A stretch of DNA of 24,672 nucleotides from Candidatus Helarchaeota archaeon. GTDB lineage: Archaea; Asgardarchaeota; Lokiarchaeia; Helarchaeales; RDOG01. A program made the translations under genes and the position numbers. Location of the stretch: contig JALGVI010000060.1 in NCBI GenBank assembly GCA_029838215.1, forward strand, positions 1 through 24,672, given 5' to 3'. Below are positions 1 through 8,581 of the stretch, one piece after another. Under the pieces are notes generated by a model. That model worked only from the letters and a program-made list of their open reading frames with translations, was not told the origin of the DNA and searched no databases. The number at the start of each line of letters is the position of its first letter. The first letter of the stretch is position 1.

Positions 1-87
1 AGATGTAAAATAATCTGATTCTTCTATTTTTTTTACTTCTTTTTTAACTTCACTTTTACTCAAGTTGATTTTAAGCTTCTCGCTCAC
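1..87 (-). CDS. 5' end of a gene running off the left edge (partial, unknown product)
   Basis: Minus-strand frame opens at GTG (87-85) directly after a TGA and reads (M)SEKLKINLSKSEVKKEVKKIEESDYFTS to the window edge without a stop. The composition looks protein-like. It is not in the ORF track. Confidence 0.4.
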   Translation of the reverse strand, partial: MSEKLKINLSKSEVKKEVKKIEESDYFTS

Positions 88-490
88 TCAAATCGTCCTT
101 CTTTAACTCACTTTAAGATCAAGACTTATCAGAAAATCATGTGATGAAGTTATGTTTTATTTTTGTAATGAAAAATTTTTTCTTTAGAATGTTATTGGAT
201 TCTTGACTCGATTCATTGAAACTGGTTTTTTTTCCAATGAAAACTTGCATGATAACCACGAGTGACATGATATTTTTTTTCTGATGAGAATTAATTGGAT
301 TGCTATCCTGAGAATTTTATCGATAATAAATAGTATTATAACGGGTCTGGGCAAGGAATTAGTGAAGAGGGAGGGAATAATTTAATTCTAAGGGAGAAAT
401 TAAAAAATTAGGTCTTGCCGCGACCTTTCGTCTTACGAATCCCTCTAATCATATATTTCTTTCATAAGGATATTAATGTTTGTTTTTCAT

Positions 491-506
491 TTTTTATATA
501 TAAAAA
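491..506. promoter_or_regulatory. Perfect 16-bp palindrome containing a TATA box, candidate promoter of the 558 gene
   Basis: TTTTTATATATAAAAA is its own reverse complement and ends about 50 bp upstream of ATG 558, in the divergent intergenic region 88-557. Confidence 0.45.
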
Positions 507-557
507 TATTGAACGAATTCTGATTTATTAGTTTAGTTACCATTAATTAAATCTTTT

Positions 558-1655
558 ATGGTGGTGTTTAAAATCGTGATTTCGGAAGTAAAAGCTGAGC
601 TCATTGAGTTTCCATTAAAAAATAAAATTGGTTCCATGCCAAAATTCAAAGTAACCGCAACTATTCTGCGTATCAAGAATAACGAAGGGATCGAGGGTGT
701 TTCTGCTTCTCATTTTCCAAATGCTGATGAAGCTCTCGTAGCTTTTTTCAAGCGATGGAAGAAGCTCCTATTGAAACGCGATCCGTTCGAAATTGAAGCC
801 ATAACGGCGGATTTTAACAATTATACTCAAAGAATCCTGATTGGAATTCCGCAAGCCGTTTCTCTGGTGAACTGCGCGCTATGGGATTTAGTTGGCAAGA
901 TCGTAAACAAGCCCGTTTGCAAGCTTTTAGGACTATTTCAGAAAAAAGTGAAGACTTATGCTTCAATGCCTTATTGGATGAAACCAGAGGAAACCATTAA
1001 AATGTCGAATAGTGCCAAAGATCGTGGTTTTGATGCGATTAAAGTCCGACTCGGTGAGAGTTTACAAAAAGATCATGCCGTATTGAAAATCTTGAGAGAT
1101 ACGTTTCCCTCTCCCAATGATCTTGAAATCATGGCTGATGTCAACTCCGGGTATCCTTATCAGAAAACTCTGAAGCTTGCCAGGCTTGCTACTGAATTTG
1201 AACTCGAATGGTTGGAAGAGCCTTTATTCTCTGATGACATTTCAGGACTTGCACGATTACGAAGTTCCGTGGATGTTCCGATTGCTGGTGGTGAGAATAA
1301 TTATGGTCTTTTCGAATTTAAGAATCTTTTAGACCACGGCTGTTACGATGTCGTGCAACCAGATGCCACGCGTTCCGGCGGAATTTCAATGGTCAAGCAA
1401 ATTGGAACTCTTGCTGAAGCACATGGTGTTCGATGCATTCCGCACGTTTTTGGAACGGGATTAATTCAGGCAGCAAACTTGCAAGTCATTGCATGTCTTC
1501 CAAATTGTCAGTACTTCGAATATGGTTATTATCCAAAATTCATTCTCCTAATGAAGGATGAAATCCCTGTTCGCGATGGATACGTGGACATTCCAATGAA
1601 TCCTGGCTTAGGATTGGAATTAGATGAAACTGAAGTTGCCAAGTTTCGAAAATGA
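558..1655 (+). CDS. Mandelate racemase/muconate lactonizing enzyme family protein (enolase superfamily), substrate unknown
   Basis: Capping-domain motif ALWDLVGK; KxR at barrel strand 2 (AIKVRLG); metal ligands in MADVN, WLEEP and AGGE; VVQPD..GG; C-terminal His base (PHVF); PGLGLELD ending. Confidence 0.92.
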   Translation: MVVFKIVISEVKAELIEFPLKNKIGSMPKFKVTATILRIKNNEGIEGVSASHFPNADEALVAFFKRWKKLLLKRDPFEIEAITADFNNYTQRILIGIPQAVSLVNCALWDLVGKIVNKPVCKLLGLFQKKVKTYASMPYWMKPEETIKMSNSAKDRGFDAIKVRLGESLQKDHAVLKILRDTFPSPNDLEIMADVNSGYPYQKTLKLARLATEFELEWLEEPLFSDDISGLARLRSSVDVPIAGGENNYGLFEFKNLLDHGCYDVVQPDATRSGGISMVKQIGTLAEAHGVRCIPHVFGTGLIQAANLQVIACLPNCQYFEYGYYPKFILLMKDEIPVRDGYVDIPMNPGLGLELDETEVAKFRK

Positions 1656-1680
1656 TTTAGTCATGGCCAACCCTTACTAC

Positions 1681-1686
1681 TTTTTT
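1681..1686 (+). terminator. Oligo-T tract, possible archaeal intrinsic terminator
   Basis: T6 run 25 bp after the 1655 stop, in a convergent intergenic gap. Weak evidence in AT-rich DNA. Confidence 0.25.
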
Positions 1687-1725
1687 ATCTTTGCGTGCGA
1701 ATTTCAGGTCTAAATGATGACATTT

Positions 1726-2868
1726 CTAACTTTTATCGATTATTTTGTCAACATATGCGTCAAGAATTTCAAAAATTATTCCCGCAATCTGTTTATAATC
1801 CGGAATGCAATCTTTTTTCATTATTTTCCTGTCCACCTCTGTAATTTCATGTGAATTCCTTCCGATTGAAAAATCCATCTGTCGCATTCTAAAATTCTTT
1901 TGGTGTGTTTTAATTAGTCGTTTCTCGATGATTTGTTTATCCTCGAACATGTAATCCGTGAATTTATTGTTTATATCACGAAAATATTTAAGAGGTTGAT
2001 TTTCTTTCATTTTCGAGATTTCTATGGCATTATCATCCCAAACGCGTCGAACAATCTTATCCAAAATCTTCATTAGATCCTTTCTTTCATGTTCTTCGAA
2101 CTTTTTTTTCTTGATGATGCTGGTTCTGATGTATCGTTCTATTTCATCTGCACCCACGGTTATTTGTTGAATGGGATTAAAGACAGTAGAAACTGCATTT
2201 AAATCTACTTCTTTCTTCTGCAGTCTTTGTCGCATGACATCAAGCAAATTCGTTTTTCCTTGCAGGTCTCGAATGACTCTTTTCTTTTTTTCTTTTATTT
2301 TGTGTTCTGTTTTTTCGATTCGTGGTCTAATTGGATCTGTATTTATGAGAAATTGACTTTCAAGAAATCCCGATGATTCGGGAAAGGTGGGAAAAAATTC
2401 TTCTCTTGTTTTCAAATCTAGAGGATGTTCAAAAATAATCGTTCTTGCCAACAAGCATGCTTCAATGTTTATCAAATCAAAATGGGCATAGATGTTTTTA
2501 AAAAGAGGCATTAATAGTTCGAATATCAAATCGAGTTCTAATGCCCCTGTGGATGGATATCCTTCAATAATTGCCAGTTTTTTTAGCAATTCATTCCGGA
2601 TGGCTGGCCCTATTAGATAAAAGTAAGCCAAGTAAATTTTTTTACTTTTCAATTTTTGAGAGAGTTCTTTAAACTCTTGAACCAATTCTTCTGCATTTCG
2701 ATTAAGACCATGAGTGATTAAACCATCGATTAGAAGAGCAAAGTCTTCGCTACATTTATCTTTTACTTGTCGAAAGATAAATCCCGTTCGCTTCGATTCT
2801 ATTCGTCTTTTAAAATTTTGACAAAGATGTTTTGCGTAATTTTGATCGAAAAACCACTTTTCACTCAT
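1726..2868 (-). CDS. Hypothetical 380-aa, predominantly alpha-helical, Lys/Glu-rich protein
   Basis: Long open frame. Its ATG lies 2 nt after the stop of the upstream gene (TAG AG ATG). No family motif recognised. Confidence 0.82.
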   Translation of the reverse strand: MSEKWFFDQNYAKHLCQNFKRRIESKRTGFIFRQVKDKCSEDFALLIDGLITHGLNRNAEELVQEFKELSQKLKSKKIYLAYFYLIGPAIRNELLKKLAIIEGYPSTGALELDLIFELLMPLFKNIYAHFDLINIEACLLARTIIFEHPLDLKTREEFFPTFPESSGFLESQFLINTDPIRPRIEKTEHKIKEKKKRVIRDLQGKTNLLDVMRQRLQKKEVDLNAVSTVFNPIQQITVGADEIERYIRTSIIKKKKFEEHERKDLMKILDKIVRRVWDDNAIEISKMKENQPLKYFRDINNKFTDYMFEDKQIIEKRLIKTHQKNFRMRQMDFSIGRNSHEITEVDRKIMKKDCIPDYKQIAGIIFEILDAYVDKIIDKS

Positions 2869-2870
2869 CT

Positions 2871-3923
2871 CTAACCAACCAAGTGCATTCCAAATTCTCT
2901 CTTTAATTCTTGACTCAATAATTGTTTGGTCTGTTCTGACGGCATTTTTTTCGTTTTTAGGAGAATCCGATTTAGCGCGTTTCTACAAGTTGCTCCTGAA
3001 AAACTATGGTTTAGATTTTTCGATGAATATCCCAAAGAGAAAATCGACCTCAGTTCGATTTTTGTTGTTCCAACTCCAAATGGTTCATGTATTCCTTGAA
3101 ACAGTAAATATTCTCCCTGTTCTTTATCCAACTCGAATATTACACCGTCTATTTGAGGCGTTAACATGTTGTATTCTCGAGAGGAAATTTCACCAAACTT
3201 CATTATTCCTTCATTGTTTGCTTGAATTAATCCCTTGAGATATTCACCGAAAAGGGGTGGAATCGTGGGAAATATGTTTGAATTTTTCATTGCCTTATTT
3301 TCAAAAGTCAATTGTTCTTCAATAATGGGAAAAATTGGTTGAGAACTTTGAATCCTCTTTCGCTCATAGATCATTTGCAAGGGTGTAATTCGCAAGTCAA
3401 AGATTTTATTAATGAAGGTGCTGGGTGTTGTATGAATTTTATAATTGATATATGCTGGAAAATCTTGAAGCTTGACAAACTGATTCAAGAATTTTCGTGT
3501 TTCATCTCTCATCATGTTACTTCTCTTACACGCTTCGTAATATTTTAGAGAATCTCTTACCGCCACGTGCAAGTCTTCGGTTAAATGAAGAATCTGGTCC
3601 ACTGAAATGACTTTCGTTGAAATCACGAATACAAAGACTTCTGGTGATACGGGGTAATATGCATAGCAAATTGACTGAGGAATGGGAACTTTTTCCTCTA
3701 GGTTGAAAAAGCTGAACACATTAATACGGGATGCAACTAGGGGAAACCCTACTGTTTTCAAACTTGATAGTATGATGGATTGCAAATCTCCGAATAGTTC
3801 CAACTTGCTGAGATCCGCTTCAATTTCTGCCGATTCTATGACATATGTTGTCCAAAAGATGGCAAGACCGTCAGTTGGGTCTAACGTGCACGTTCCGATA
3901 AGATTTTCCAAATATTCCTGCAT
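2871..3923 (-). CDS. Hypothetical 350-aa protein with a putative N-terminal uDENN/longin-like domain
   Basis: Long ORF. N-terminus LIGTCTLDPTDGLAIFW resembles the hydrophobic-strand/D-P-x-x-G/strand opening of uDENN and NPRL2-type longins, and the following pattern fits beta-beta-alpha-beta-beta-beta-alpha. The CDS is solid; the domain call is inference. Confidence 0.7.
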   Translation of the reverse strand: MQEYLENLIGTCTLDPTDGLAIFWTTYVIESAEIEADLSKLELFGDLQSIILSSLKTVGFPLVASRINVFSFFNLEEKVPIPQSICYAYYPVSPEVFVFVISTKVISVDQILHLTEDLHVAVRDSLKYYEACKRSNMMRDETRKFLNQFVKLQDFPAYINYKIHTTPSTFINKIFDLRITPLQMIYERKRIQSSQPIFPIIEEQLTFENKAMKNSNIFPTIPPLFGEYLKGLIQANNEGIMKFGEISSREYNMLTPQIDGVIFELDKEQGEYLLFQGIHEPFGVGTTKIELRSIFSLGYSSKNLNHSFSGATCRNALNRILLKTKKMPSEQTKQLLSQELKREFGMHLVG

Positions 3924-4041
3924 GTAGAAAATATCTCCATCCTCAAATGAAAATCATTAATTTATGTAAATTTAGAAGCAAATATATTTTGCCATGAATT
4001 ATTTGAATGAGATTAGAGAAGTGCAAATCGAATTTGTCAAT

Positions 4042-5496
4042 TTAAATGCGAATCTTTTTGTTCTCTAGATATTCGTATAATATATTCACGGCATTGTTCA
4101 AGCTTGATTTCAAGTTTGAACCATCAGCCATCCAATTAAAAATTATTGCCGCTTTTCCCGCATTTATTGCGGCTTCAAATAAATTTCCCATTAAATAATG
4201 TGTTTGTGCTAACAACCCGTGCGCTCGACCCAATATACGGGGATTCTTTAATTCATCTTGGTACGACAATATTCGTTCGAGGTGTTTTAGAGCATTCGCG
4301 TAATTTTTTTGTTGAATGGCAAAATAAGTTAGTTCAAATAATGCCATGGCAGCATGTCCGTGCGCTAAATATGTTTTTTCAAAATTTGTTACTGCTTTTT
4401 TGAGCGTTTTTTCCGCTGCTTTACTTTGTTTTTTAAGATAAATTCGCCCCAAATTTAAAGATATTAGTCCATTTAAAAAGGTATTAAGTCTATTTGGACG
4501 ATTTTTTATCTTATTCAACGTGGACTGTGCCAATTTACTAAACTCTAATGCCCGATTGAATTTATTGAATTGCAAGCAAGCGGGAATCGCTTCGTTATAA
4601 GCCACAACGCAGACATATGGAGAAACTGCGGGATCACTTTCCACTTTTTTACACGTGTCTATCAGAAATTGCGGATCTTCCAATATTTTCTCGCGCGCTT
4701 TCATGATATTACTCAAATGAAAATGATCCACGTCCTCGAGTTTTTTATCTGCCATTTCTGCAAGAACTTCTAAAAATTCTTTCCCCAGCGTAGGAATGTC
4801 ATTTTTCTCTAATTCAAATAGACGTTCAAGCTGGATATTGCCATCAAGTATGGCTTGTTCGATTTTCTTCTCCCATAATTTATCGTGTTTATTCTTATCT
4901 TTCGTTATTTTCAAAAACGGTGTGATGACCGCCAGTGAAAAATAATTAAAGAAATCACCGTCTTCATTCACGTGTGCAAGATAATGGAACAATAATGGGC
5001 TTAAGAATATCATGGCAACAAGTGATCCGTGGTTATTTCTGAAGTTTTGGTCCCAATACTTTTGTAAGATTTTTAGAACTACTTTAATACCGTTAACGCG
5101 ATTTAGTGCGGTTATGTACTTCTCAAAAATGGAAAAATATTCAATCTGCAAATCCAAGTCGGATATGTCCGTCTTTTCAAAGAATTTGATGCTTTTTTCG
5201 TAATTATTTTTTACCAGCGAGTATTCTTGGAGTCTATTATGTAATTCCGCGATGATCGCATGGGCACGTCCGATAAAAACGTTCCTAAGGTCGCCTTTTA
5301 CTTTTTTTGCGGATTTCAAACTATTGTTGGCATATTGTTGGGCATTCGACCATTGTTCTTTTGAAATATAGTGGTTTGCAAGGAAATAATTTGCTTGAAA
5401 GTGCTTGATCTTTTGTTGTTCTGTCTTGGGTTTTTTCCCTACCGATACTAATATTCGGGATGCTGTCTCGTAATCTTTAATTTCTTCTTCCATCAT
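4042..5496 (-). CDS. Tetratricopeptide-like helical repeat protein (484 aa)
   Basis: TPR-like helix pairs at both ends, e.g. ANYFLANHYISKEQWSNAQQYANNSLK, RAHAIIAELHNRLQEYSLVKNNYEKSIKFF, ALFELTYFAIQQKNYANALKHLERIL and RAHGLLAQTHYLMGNLFEAAINAGKAA. Confidence 0.85.
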   Translation of the reverse strand: MMEEEIKDYETASRILVSVGKKPKTEQQKIKHFQANYFLANHYISKEQWSNAQQYANNSLKSAKKVKGDLRNVFIGRAHAIIAELHNRLQEYSLVKNNYEKSIKFFEKTDISDLDLQIEYFSIFEKYITALNRVNGIKVVLKILQKYWDQNFRNNHGSLVAMIFLSPLLFHYLAHVNEDGDFFNYFSLAVITPFLKITKDKNKHDKLWEKKIEQAILDGNIQLERLFELEKNDIPTLGKEFLEVLAEMADKKLEDVDHFHLSNIMKAREKILEDPQFLIDTCKKVESDPAVSPYVCVVAYNEAIPACLQFNKFNRALEFSKLAQSTLNKIKNRPNRLNTFLNGLISLNLGRIYLKKQSKAAEKTLKKAVTNFEKTYLAHGHAAMALFELTYFAIQQKNYANALKHLERILSYQDELKNPRILGRAHGLLAQTHYLMGNLFEAAINAGKAAIIFNWMADGSNLKSSLNNAVNILYEYLENKKIRI

Positions 5497-5583
5497 GAGT
5501 CCAAAACTCTAATCGTTTCAAGGTTAATATTCGTTTACCAGATCGAATTCATTCATATAATTGTTGTTTTTTGAAATCGGGAT

Positions 5584-6153
5584 TCAGAACACGAGAAGCT
5601 TGTCTTTAGATTCAAGTTTTTCTGTTGCAGGTGGGTTGATAATTATCTTATCTCCTCTAACAAATCCAATTAAAATTTGATTTCGCTCTTCCTTCAGTTT
5701 TAATAAAGCCTTCCCGATGGTTAAACCTATCAATCCTAGTTGTCGAATGTCCTTCAATTGAGTAAACTCCCTGATGCTCCCAGAACCCTTTCCAGACTCC
5801 GCTGCCTGTTTTTCAAACTTGCGTTGGATGAAGTGGGATGCAACGAGACCTGAAGTCATCATCATCACGCCACTACCGTAAACAGCAATGATCATGCCGA
5901 AGACACGCGTTATAAAGTTACTCGGGGTTATATCTCCATAACCAACTGTTGTAATTGTAATTACTGCCCAATAGAATGCATCATCAATAGTTATCGGACT
6001 GCCGTCTGGTGGAAGATGGTGACCGAGAATATATTCCAAGAAATTAAACATGAACGCCGCAAAAATCACTACACAAACGGTTAGGATTATTGCTTGCACT
6101 ATTAGATTATTCAATCCGCGCTTAAATGCATCGATAAATTTTTGTTCATCCAT
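5584..6153 (-). CDS. Two-TM potassium channel pore (KcsA/MthK type) with a C-terminal RCK_C (TrkA-C) domain
   Basis: Pore helix DAFYWAVITITT plus selectivity filter TVGYGD between two TM helices. C-terminal LIGLTIGKAL...ILIGFVRGDKIIINPPATEKLESKDKLLVF is TrkA-C-like. ATG 6153 chosen; the track start at 6162 is TTG. Confidence 0.93.
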   Translation of the reverse strand: MDEQKFIDAFKRGLNNLIVQAIILTVCVVIFAAFMFNFLEYILGHHLPPDGSPITIDDAFYWAVITITTVGYGDITPSNFITRVFGMIIAVYGSGVMMMTSGLVASHFIQRKFEKQAAESGKGSGSIREFTQLKDIRQLGLIGLTIGKALLKLKEERNQILIGFVRGDKIIINPPATEKLESKDKLLVF

Positions 6154-6380
6154 TATCTTCAACCTTTCTTAATTTCTTATGAACTCGTTTATTGTGAGTA
6201 ATATTAACTTTCATTTGACTAAAGAAATTAATCTTTTTTTGTCAATGGTAAGATAAATCATTAAAGTTTCTATTTAGTAAATGGCTTATTTTCCTCAAGT
6301 AAAGATAAATAGAAGAAAATTGCTTGTAAACCTATAAAAAATATTCAAGTAATTGAAAAGAATTAAAATGGACCTAGATA

Positions 6381-6698
6381 ATGCCAACTGAAAATAATAT
6401 GGAGGAGGATGTCGAAGAAAGTTATCCATTTGGCATATATAAATGCATCTGTGGTATTCTTTACATCTGGTATCCCGATAGCAAGAATGATCCGTCTCAA
6501 AATTTTTTTCCCGAAAACGTAAAATGCACGTGCGGCGGGACGGCTGAAATACTGGAAAAATTGAGGTTGAGATTCGACGAAATCCACGAGAAATTAGTGC
6601 CGCTATTCCTTTCGGTGTCAGCCCGTTACGATTTCAAGCAGCTTATGATGATAGATGCAGAGCACGTGCATCTCATATGGAATGCAAAAAAAGAATGA
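6381..6698 (+). CDS. Small putative zinc-binding protein (105 aa)
   Basis: Two CxCG knuckles (YKCICG and VKCTCGG), acidic N-terminus. Fills the gap between the divergent channel gene and the convergent kinase gene. Confidence 0.68.
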   Translation: MPTENNMEEDVEESYPFGIYKCICGILYIWYPDSKNDPSQNFFPENVKCTCGGTAEILEKLRLRFDEIHEKLVPLFLSVSARYDFKQLMMIDAEHVHLIWNAKKE

Positions 6699-6702
6699 AA
6701 TA

Positions 6703-7862
6703 TTATAAGATCGCCACGAATCCGAACGTGTAATAACTAATAAATAATGTTGGGTAGAAAATTAGATAGACAGGAAGCATGCACGCCGCACATATGATTG
6801 GATTGATGATGTTATCGGAAATTTGAAGTGGAGGGGAATAATAATCTGTCAGGAACATGACTGTTGCTCCTATTACTGATATTATCAACCCGAAAATTAA
6901 TAGTTTCAAATCAAAATGGCCAAATACCGTTGGCACTGTTGTCATTATCATGAACACGATAAAACTGAATCCGAAAGCTCCGATCACTCCACCTATGCAT
7001 CCTTCAACGGTCTTCCTGGAGTCGGGATGACTTGGGCGAATTTTTCGTTTTCCTGTCGTCACGCCAACGATTGTTGCCATTGCATCGCCTAATGCGGCGA
7101 CGGTGATTGCTACCATTGAAATAATTGGTGGAAATAGAACCGAAACGAATAATGCCCCCGTTATGAGAAATACGTGTGGACCGATTGCATATCGTTCCTT
7201 CTCTCGATATATATTTGCAAGGGGTTTCATGGGGTAGTAGCGGTACGCATGTACTCGAAGCAAATCTGTTAAAACAATGATGAAAAAGATTGCCACGAAT
7301 GCAAAGTTAACCATTACTTGACCTGCACGGGCAAAAATAATATCATGAAAGACCGTGAAAAAATTCGGCGGTATTGGATTAGAACCGATGTATTCAATGA
7401 AAATAGATAACAAACAATTATGCCATCAATTATGGTATGAAATAACTTCCTCGCCAATTCTAAATCAAGTTTATGAACCTTAGCCGTTTGAATGCTCTTT
7501 TCCTGAGCCTCCTTTGTTTCGTAATGCTTTAACTTATACTCAATTCCCACTACCAAAGCGATGAAGCAAAAGATCAGGAATGAAAAGATAAATAATGCTT
7601 GGATTAAGGGCTGAGGGATGGGAAGAAGCAAGAAATTCAAAAGTATGGCAATGGTATATGGAATGAAAAATGATATTATGAAAAGTGATAATCCCATGAC
7701 GAGAAAATAGCCACCAACTACGCACAACGCAATGCCGGTGATAAACGTTGAATATCCACTTTCACGATTAATTTTGAAAGATCGTTTCGTATCATGAATG
7801 AAAAAAACTCCCACCGCAGCGAGAAGAAGTCCCATAAAAATGGTGTACATACCAAAAGACAT
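6703..7862 (-). pseudogene. Frameshifted CTP-dependent isoprenoid-alcohol kinase (phytol/dolichol/DGK1-like, cytidylyltransferase family); real lesion or assembly indel
   Basis: ORF 7314..7862 holds the N-terminal ARKLFH motif. ORF 6703..7413 holds LRV, GDAMATIVG..GKRK and KTVEGCIGG. The two frames overlap by about 110 nt, and one added base joins them into a 386-aa membrane protein. Confidence 0.8.
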
Positions 7863-8027
7863 TTCTATCTCAATCCATTTGACGATTACTTTTCTCTCGT
7901 GTCGTTTCGGTCTAAATTAATGATGACTCGGATTATTTACTTTTCCCCGATTTCCTTAAAAATTCTTTTAGGTATTGAGATAATGAAATTAGTGAAAAAA
8001 AAAGTTTCATGACTTGGTGAAATAACA

Positions 8028-8243
8028 ATGGTAATCTTTCTCATTCCTGATTTTGTGGAGCTTGCAATTAGCATTTGTGGTTTTCTATCTGTATTGTTCT
8101 TTATATTAGCACTTGCCTCAAAGGAAGAGATTAAGAGAAGAAATTTCGCATTGTTATGTTTTGCGTCTGCCATGGGTATTTTAGTTACTTTTATAGTTTC
8201 GTTGATTATCGGAGCTCCAGTAATAATGGTTTATTATACTTGA
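8028..8243 (+). CDS. Small two-TM membrane protein (71 aa)
   Basis: Two hydrophobic helices joined by a charged loop (SKEEIKRRN). GGTGA at 8016-8020 lies 7 nt before the ATG. Confidence 0.65.
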   Translation: MVIFLIPDFVELAISICGFLSVLFFILALASKEEIKRRNFALLCFASAMGILVTFIVSLIIGAPVIMVYYT

Positions 8244-8360
8244 ATTTAACAAGAAATCCATGTTTAAGCATCAAAAACTCACGTCGTGCATTAAAGGACG
8301 TTGGTAGAAAATTTATCGAGTGTATTATATGTTTTTTCTTGAAGTTTTTCTAAGAAATGG

Positions 8361-8395
8361 TGAGATGTGAGTGGTCCCCTTCCCCACTCATCTCA
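8361..8395. other. Intergenic hairpin (12-bp stem, 2-nt bulge, 9-nt loop)
   Basis: TGAGA(TG)TGAGTGG-TCCCCTTCC-CCACTCATCTCA; the arms are reverse complements. GC-rich relative to the flanks. Confidence 0.55.
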
Positions 8396-8503
8396 ATCCT
8401 ATCGATACTTCCCGCCTTTTGACAGGTTTTCTGACCTCCTAACGAAATATGATTCGAGAAAAAAGAAATTCATTGGTCAATATTGTATATAAATGCCCAT
8501 AAA

Positions 8504-8532
8504 TTTATAAACTAATCGTAAACGATCGTAGT
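8504..8532 (+). promoter_or_regulatory. TATA box followed by an imperfect inverted repeat (candidate operator) upstream of the TrmB-like gene
   Basis: TTTATAAA at 8504-8511, then ACTA-ATCGT-AA-ACGAT-(CG)-TAGT at 8511-8532, ending 50 bp before the start at 8582. Confidence 0.35.
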
Positions 8533-8581
8533 TAATTGTTGTAAAATGTAAATTCCCAATTATGTTTTGTGAACACGGGTC

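Noticed and set aside
8361-8395. SECIS element (some Asgards use selenocysteine)
   Set aside because: The stem is Watson-Crick paired with no UGA/GA non-canonical quartet, and I found no neighbouring gene whose conserved frame continues through a TGA.
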